UHGV virus genome: UHGV-0357162
DNA length: 40,644 bases
Source of the DNA: a virus
Direction: 5' to 3' (one strand)
The notes beneath the pieces were generated by a model. It searched no databases, was not told where the DNA came from, and worked only from the letters and a program-made list of their open reading frames with translations. The translations under genes were made by a program, and so were the position numbers. Shown here in pieces: positions 35,441-40,644 of this stretch. The first letter of the stretch is position 1, and every line of letters starts with the position of its first letter.

Positions 35441-36635
35441 CGACGACAAAATCAGCCTGGTCATTGCCGGAAGGTCGCATTCTGACTGGAGCAGTTATCG
35501 TATTGACAGCGATTTCCTGAAAGCCGCCGACGGGTGGCAGCTTCAGCTGGGACTGCCTGAAAAGGTGTTCCCGGCGGATATCGTCCGGGGTGCGCCGGTC
35601 CGTTTGCAGGTGGGAGACGAGACGGTCCTCAGTGGTCGCGTGGACAGCGTGCGCCGCAGTGTATCCCGTCAGAGCTGCACGCTGACCCTGTCCGGGCGTG
35701 ATGATGCCGCCATTCTGGTGGACTGTGCCGCGCCGGTGTTCAGCGCCAATCAGCTGACGCTGGACGAGGTCATCGACAGGATTGTCAGACCGCTGGGGAT
35801 ACAGCGCATCCGTATTCAGGCGTCCGGTGTGTCACGTAATGACAAGGTCGTTATAGAGCCGGGGATGCGTGCGTGGGATGCACTGGCCAAAGCTGCCGCC
35901 GGTCGCGGCTTATGGCCGTGGTTTGAGCCTGACGGGACGCTGGTTGTGGGTGGCCCTGACTACACCACCACGCCGGTGGATACGCTGATTCTGAAGCTGG
36001 ACGGCACCGGGAACAACGTGATGGAGCTGGACGATACCCGGTCCATTAACGGCTGCTTCTCCGAACTTACGGTACTGGCTCAAAGCCACGCCCGCCGCGC
36101 AGACAGCAAAAAACAACTGGTCGTGGTGCCACTGGATATCTGGAACGAGGACGGCAGCGTGCGCACGTTATCCGGGCGGGACGGCGGTAATACTGACAAT
36201 GGCCAGACAGGTATTCATAACATGAAAGCCGTGGCCACCGACCCCACCGTGGATTATTACCGCCCGCAGATAATTACCCAGGGCGACACCAGTAACATGG
36301 AGCAGGTGAACTGGCGCGCCAAAAAAATGATGAGTGATGCCCGCCTGTCGGGGCTGGATATCGTCGCACTGGTTGCAGGTCATCGCACGGCAGACGGTGT
36401 TCTGTGGCAGCCCGGCCAGCGAGTACGGATTGTCAGCGAACCCCACGGCATCGATGCCATCTTTTTTCTGATGGGCCGCGAGTTCAGCGGAGGCCGGAGC
36501 GGGCAGACAACCCGGCTCCGCTTTAAGGAGGATGGTGTGTGGATACCTGATGCCTTCCCGCGCGAGAAGAAACGCCATCACCGCAGGGGCAAAAAGAAAA
36601 AAGAAGTCGCCATTGTTAAGGTCTGGGAGAAATGA
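35424..36635 (+). CDS. baseplate hub protein P-like (Mu gp44)
   Basis: 403 aa; position before the spike gene; basic C-terminal tail. Confidence 0.7.
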   Translation: MPMQNNDDKISLVIAGRSHSDWSSYRIDSDFLKAADGWQLQLGLPEKVFPADIVRGAPVRLQVGDETVLSGRVDSVRRSVSRQSCTLTLSGRDDAAILVDCAAPVFSANQLTLDEVIDRIVRPLGIQRIRIQASGVSRNDKVVIEPGMRAWDALAKAAAGRGLWPWFEPDGTLVVGGPDYTTTPVDTLILKLDGTGNNVMELDDTRSINGCFSELTVLAQSHARRADSKKQLVVVPLDIWNEDGSVRTLSGRDGGNTDNGQTGIHNMKAVATDPTVDYYRPQIITQGDTSNMEQVNWRAKKMMSDARLSGLDIVALVAGHRTADGVLWQPGQRVRIVSEPHGIDAIFFLMGREFSGGRSGQTTRLRFKEDGVWIPDAFPREKKRHHRRGKKKKEVAIVKVWEK

Positions 36636-37286
36636 TGTGGGACAAGGTTAATCAGCGCATACAGCAGGCACTGGCCGCCGTTCGCCAGGCATTCAGGGTG
36701 GTGACCGGTACGGTAGACAGTTCTACCAAAGTACAGCTACTTCAGCTGAACGGTCTGGCAGGCGAACAACTGGACGGTGCGGAGTATTTCCAGCATTACG
36801 GCCTCACCACATCCCCGCCGCCCGGCTCAATGGGTATTGCCGTTCCGCTGAACGGTAATACCTCCCATACCGTCGTCGTGGCCACAGAGCACGGCGCATA
36901 TCGCCTGACGGAACTGAAACCCGGCGAGGTGGCCCTGTATACCGACGAAGGCGCGAAAATCGTGCTGAAGCGCGGGCGGATTGTTGAAACCGAATGTGAC
37001 GTTTACCGGGTGAAATGCAAACGCTATGAGGTTGAGGCAGAGGAAAGCGCCGCATTCACGACACCGTTACTGACGGCCAGCGATAAGCTGACGGTGGAAG
37101 GTAAAATCACCGGCAACGGTGGCATGGCCATCCGTGGGGGGCAAGAAATACGCCGCCACCTTTGAAGGCAACATCAACCATGTGGGTGGTGTGATTACCT
37201 CCGTTGACGTCACCATTAATGGCGTTAAAATCGGAACGCACAAACACCCGACCCCACACGGCATGTCTGACACGCCGGTTAATTAA
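36632..37286 (+). pseudogene. baseplate spike gp45-like gene interrupted by a +1 frameshift in a G6 tract (about 37136..37141); track ORF ends at 37165, C-terminal apex is encoded in the next frame to 37286
   Basis: Removing one G gives ...AIRGGKKYAATFEGNINHVGGVITSVDVTINGVKIGTHKHPTPHGMSDTPVN, a His-rich spike-tip-like C-terminus ending just before the late box at 37287. Confidence 0.55.
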
Positions 37287-37315
37287 GTGCTGAACACCCT
37301 CACCTGATTCTGACC
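37287..37315 (+). promoter_or_regulatory. conserved late-promoter box, copy 3 (GTGCTGAACACCCTCACCTGATTCTGACC), upstream of gp46
   Basis: Identical 16-bp core to copy 2; lies 53 bp upstream of the gp46 ATG. Confidence 0.45.
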
Positions 37316-37339
37316 TGTCCATGCTGCCAGACTGGCGGC

Positions 37340-37690
37340 ATGGACCAGACGATTTCACCTGCAACCGGCGACTACGAACGCCGCCGGATTTATACACTTC
37401 ATAACGCGGTTTATCTGCGACTGGCGACGCCGCTTGGCAGTTACTGGGCGGATGCGTCGCTGGGGTCACGCCTGCACGAACTGAAGCGGGAAAAAGACGT
37501 TTCCCGTGTTCACAGGCTGGCGGCGCAGTATGCCAGCCAGGCTCTTCAGCCCCTGCTTGATGACGGGCGGGCAAAATCCATTACCGTTGACACGAAAGCG
37601 GGTCAGCGCGGCTGGCTGTTGCTGTTAATCACCGTCACGGATAACGCGGGCACACCGCAGACGTTTGAACACCCTGTGAGGATTATGTAA
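37340..37690 (+). CDS. Mu gp46-like baseplate protein
   Basis: 116 aa; position between spike and J-like genes. Confidence 0.55.
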   Translation: MDQTISPATGDYERRRIYTLHNAVYLRLATPLGSYWADASLGSRLHELKREKDVSRVHRLAAQYASQALQPLLDDGRAKSITVDTKAGQRGWLLLLITVTDNAGTPQTFEHPVRIM

Positions 37691-38769
37691 TGCCGTTTCC
37701 TGTTCCGGGCGTTGCTGAAAACACAGAACGCCAGCTACGTGATATCGCTAACGCCCTGCCGGGAGAAACCATCGACACCGGCGCAGACAGCGATTACCGC
37801 ATTCGTGCAAATGCCGTATCCGGCGTGGCGGACGGGCTTTATATGCATCAGGGGTGGATACTCCGACAGGTGTTTCCTGACACGGCAGACCCTGAATATC
37901 TGGAGCTGCACTGTCGCACGCGCAACGTTTTTCGTAAAAAAGCAACGGCCTCATCCGGTCCGGTAGTGATTACCGGCACACCCGGTAAGACGCTGCCAGC
38001 CGGTGCGGAAATTCGTGGTGAAGGTGTCAGCGTGGCCACCACAGCAGACTGCACCATCGGTGATGAAGGCAGCGCAGAGGTGACGGTAAAAAGCACTGCC
38101 ACGGGTGCACAGACGAACGCATCCACGACGCAGACGGCAACGCTGGTCAGCCCGCCGGAAGGTATCAACAGCACGGTGACGATTAAATCCCTGACCGGCG
38201 GAACGGACAGGGAAAGTGACGCCGACCTGCTGGCGCGTTATCTGGATATTCTGCGCAGGCCGCCAGCTGGCGGTAATAAATATGATTACAAACGCTGGGC
38301 GCTGGAAGTGGATGGCGTTACCTCGGCATATGTGGAGCCATTGCGTCGTGGACTGGGGACGGTTGATGTGGCCATTACGTCAGCCAATGACCTTCCCTCG
38401 CAGGAACTGATTAATGCCGTGCTGGCACATATTGAGGAAGTCCGCCCGGTCACAGCAAAGGACACGATGGTGCTGGCACCGACGAAAAAAGCCGTTGATT
38501 TCGTTGTCCGGGTAAAAACCAGCGGCCTGACCGTTGAGCAGATAAAACCGCAGATAACTGACGTTATCACGGATTTTATGAACCGGCTGGAGCCGGGGCA
38601 GGAATTAATAATTTCACAACTGGAAACCCAGATTTCATTAATTTCCGGTGTCAGTGACCGGCGAATCATTACGCCAGCAGACAACGTAAAAGCCATTATT
38701 AACGCGTCAACGTGGGAATGGTTGCGCCCGGGAAATATTGATATTCAGTCTTTTCCACGTGAGGGGTGA
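37690..38769 (+). CDS. baseplate J-like protein (Mu gp47)
   Basis: 359 aa; position and size typical of baseplate J. Confidence 0.7.
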   Translation: MPFPVPGVAENTERQLRDIANALPGETIDTGADSDYRIRANAVSGVADGLYMHQGWILRQVFPDTADPEYLELHCRTRNVFRKKATASSGPVVITGTPGKTLPAGAEIRGEGVSVATTADCTIGDEGSAEVTVKSTATGAQTNASTTQTATLVSPPEGINSTVTIKSLTGGTDRESDADLLARYLDILRRPPAGGNKYDYKRWALEVDGVTSAYVEPLRRGLGTVDVAITSANDLPSQELINAVLAHIEEVRPVTAKDTMVLAPTKKAVDFVVRVKTSGLTVEQIKPQITDVITDFMNRLEPGQELIISQLETQISLISGVSDRRIITPADNVKAIINASTWEWLRPGNIDIQSFPREG

Positions 38770-38773
38770 TTTT

Positions 38774-39346
38774 ATGAATATGGTCGATTTATTTCGCGCC
38801 ATGCTGCCACCTGTCAGTTATGACCTGAACGGGAAATATATTTCCGCAGAACTGACAGCCGAGGCTGACGTCATGGAGGCCGTGAAAGCCTCAGCGGCGC
38901 GCGTTCTGGCACAAATCACCCCGTTGCAGGCATCGATGACGCTGTCCGACTGGGAGCGCGTGTACGGTGTTGTCCCCCGTGAAGAGGCAACACAACAGGA
39001 GCGGCGGCAGAACATTCTGGTAAAAATGGCAGCCACGGGCGGACTGTCAATCCCTTACTTTAAGAGCCTTGCCGCCAGTCTGGGCTATACCATCACCATT
39101 ACGGAGCCGCGACCGTTCCGGGTGGGGATAAACCGCTGCGGCGACCGTCTGCTGATACCGGAAATCCGCTGGGCGTGGCAGGTCAACGTTATCGGGACAA
39201 AAACACCTGTCTATCGGTTCAGAACGGGCGCATCGGCAACCGGCGAACCGCTGACGGCCTTTGGTGAATCCATTTTAGAAAACACGTTTAAAGACCTTAA
39301 ACCGGCTTTTACAGACTGTTATTTCACGTATGAGGTGGAGGAATAA
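38774..39346 (+). CDS. Mu gp48-like tail protein (DUF2313)
   Basis: Start MNMVDLFRAML after GAGGGG RBS; the track ORF starts at 38738 within the previous gene's end. Confidence 0.55.
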   Translation: MNMVDLFRAMLPPVSYDLNGKYISAELTAEADVMEAVKASAARVLAQITPLQASMTLSDWERVYGVVPREEATQQERRQNILVKMAATGGLSIPYFKSLAASLGYTITITEPRPFRVGINRCGDRLLIPEIRWAWQVNVIGTKTPVYRFRTGASATGEPLTAFGESILENTFKDLKPAFTDCYFTYEVEE

Positions 39347-40149
39347 TGCAGAATTTAATGCCCCCGGTGAATACGCCGGATAAGTTATTTCATGATGGTG
39401 ACCCGACTCAGGGAATTGAGGGAACCATCGTTACTGCTGAATTTATGAATAATCATCAGGCAGCAACGCGTGATTTGCAGCAGGAGGTGATTAACGTCCT
39501 TAAAGAGGCTGGCGTCACCCCTGACCCGGAAAAACAAAACCAGCTGGTTGAGGCGCTGACCTCGTTTATTGGCCAGAAAGTCCCGGATGCATCACTGACG
39601 CAAAAAGGCGTGGTGCAGCTTAACAGTGCTGTTAACAGTGAATCAGAAACAGAAGCTGCCACACCAAAAGCGGTCAAGATTGCGATGGATAACGCAAACG
39701 CCAGACTGGCCAAAGACCGTAACGGCGCAGACATCCCGAATAAACAATTGTTTCTGGATAACATCGGCGGTGCGCCGAAAACGCGCAAAATTAACAATAT
39801 GCCCCTGACGTCGGATATCACCATCAACAACATCGGCGGCAACGCCGGAACGGCAACCCGGCTTCAGACGGCCCGCAGGATTAACAATGTGCTGTTTGAT
39901 GGCACCAGCGATATCACCATCAACACCACAGATTCCGGCGCTGTGCGTAATTTTCAGTACACCAATGAGGTGTTTCACAATCCCGGTGGCAACGAAATCA
40001 CCTGGACGTTTCGCGCGCCTTCCGGCTGTCAGTTGTCAGGAATTTATGTCCAGGATACGGGGAGAAGTTCGGCGGATAACATCGGTGGTGTGTATTACAA
40101 ATCCGCGCAGATTTATATCAATGGTTCATGGCGCACCGTATCAGGTTAA
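39346..40149 (+). CDS. tail fibre protein (Mu S-like, short)
   Basis: 267 aa; contains the TQKGVVQLNSAVNSESETEAATPKAVK fibre motif shared with P2 H/Mu S fibres. Confidence 0.7.
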   Translation: MQNLMPPVNTPDKLFHDGDPTQGIEGTIVTAEFMNNHQAATRDLQQEVINVLKEAGVTPDPEKQNQLVEALTSFIGQKVPDASLTQKGVVQLNSAVNSESETEAATPKAVKIAMDNANARLAKDRNGADIPNKQLFLDNIGGAPKTRKINNMPLTSDITINNIGGNAGTATRLQTARRINNVLFDGTSDITINTTDSGAVRNFQYTNEVFHNPGGNEITWTFRAPSGCQLSGIYVQDTGRSSADNIGGVYYKSAQIYINGSWRTVSG

Positions 40150-40163
40150 TTAAGGAGAAAATA

Positions 40164-40644
40164 ATGGAACTCAGAAACGTTTCGCGTTATTACCCGGAAA
40201 ATATGCCTTATGGTAAGGATATTCAGTATTTCCGCAGTGAAGACGGACAGGATTTTTATGAATCACTGGATAAATTTACGAAGAAATACAAATTGTGTAT
40301 TCACCCGGAAACCGGCGTGATTTATTCAATGGCGGAAGACGTGTCCCGTCTTTATCCGGCTGGCTTCACCATTGTGGAAGTGGATGAACTGCCGGAAGGT
40401 TTTGGCATTGAAGCTTGCTGGTATTACCAGGATGGCGAAGTGCTGCCGGTTCCTGTTGATTATTCGCAACTGGCAGAAACACAACGCCAGCGCCTGTTGA
40501 ATGAAGCAAAGGACATCACCTCCGACTGGAAAACCGAGCTGGAGCTGGGCACCATCAGTGACGACGACAAGGCCCGTCTTACGCAGTGGATGGCATATAT
40601 TAAAGCGGTAAAGGCGCTGGATTTAAGTCAGGTCAGTGATGAAT
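40164..40644 (+). CDS. tail fibre assembly protein (Mu U-like), partial at window end
   Basis: AAGGAGA RBS then MELRNVSRYYPEN...; C-terminal LGTISDDDKARLTQWMAYIKAV matches the Tfa/U family pattern; the frame runs off the window. Confidence 0.7.
   Translation, partial: MELRNVSRYYPENMPYGKDIQYFRSEDGQDFYESLDKFTKKYKLCIHPETGVIYSMAEDVSRLYPAGFTIVEVDELPEGFGIEACWYYQDGEVLPVPVDYSQLAETQRQRLLNEAKDITSDWKTELELGTISDDDKARLTQWMAYIKAVKALDLSQVSDE

Larger units (their letters stand above)
6863..40644 (+). mobile_element. Mu-like transposable prophage (partial; right end beyond window). Left boundary approximate, placed at the first of three direct repeats upstream of the repressor gene
   Basis: Canonical Mu gene order: repressor (minus), ner-like, MuA-like DDE transposase, MuB-like AAA+ ATPase, semi-early region, lysis, terminase, portal, F, G, I, T, sheath, tube, tape measure, N, P, baseplate, fibre, fibre assembly. 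Higher GC than the left flank. Confidence 0.75.

Noticed and set aside
39530-39550. 12-bp palindrome AACCAGCTGGTT inside the tail fibre gene as a possible gix/hix-like invertase crossover site
   Set aside because: Half-site spacing and flanks do not match the Gin/Hin-type 26-bp site (AAACC-NN-GGTTT core); the invertible segment, if present, would lie beyond the window end.
1-40644. CRISPR arrays, tRNA or rRNA genes
   Set aside because: No regularly spaced short direct repeats or tRNA/rRNA-like structures were seen anywhere in the window.

Overview
The window is dominated by a Mu-like transposable prophage running from about 6.9 kb to the window end (its right end lies beyond 40644). Gene order is the canonical Mu one on the + strand: repressor (minus strand), Ner-like regulator, MuA-type DDE transposase, MuB-type AAA+ ATPase, a roughly 6 kb semi-early accessory region of small genes (DUF3164-like, DUF2786-like, GemA-like, Mor/C-family activator, several signal-peptide proteins), a lysis cassette with a peptidase M15 endolysin, small terminase-like gp27, an inserted beta-class DNA methyltransferase, large terminase, portal, F, G, I protease/scaffold, major head protein T, connector proteins, sheath, tube, chaperone, tape measure, DNA circularisation protein N, baseplate hub P, gp45-gp48 baseplate proteins, tail fibre and a partial tail fibre assembly gene. 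To the left (1..6965, minus strand) lies a second myovirus-type baseplate and tail-fibre module transcribed away from the Mu-like element; it carries inserted morons (a secreted DUF1311/LprI-like protein, an AntA/KilAC anti-repressor and a run of tiny hydrophobic peptide genes) and its hub-like gene abuts, and may be truncated by, the Mu-like left end. The most notable sequence-level observations are a +1 frameshift in a G6 tract that splits the Mu-like baseplate spike gene, a conserved GTGCTGAAC box repeated upstream of three late operons, an operator-like triple repeat, and two tandem duplicated small-gene pairs. All functional calls are from motif and gene-order recognition by eye; no database search was possible, and non-ORF coordinates are accurate to within a few bp.
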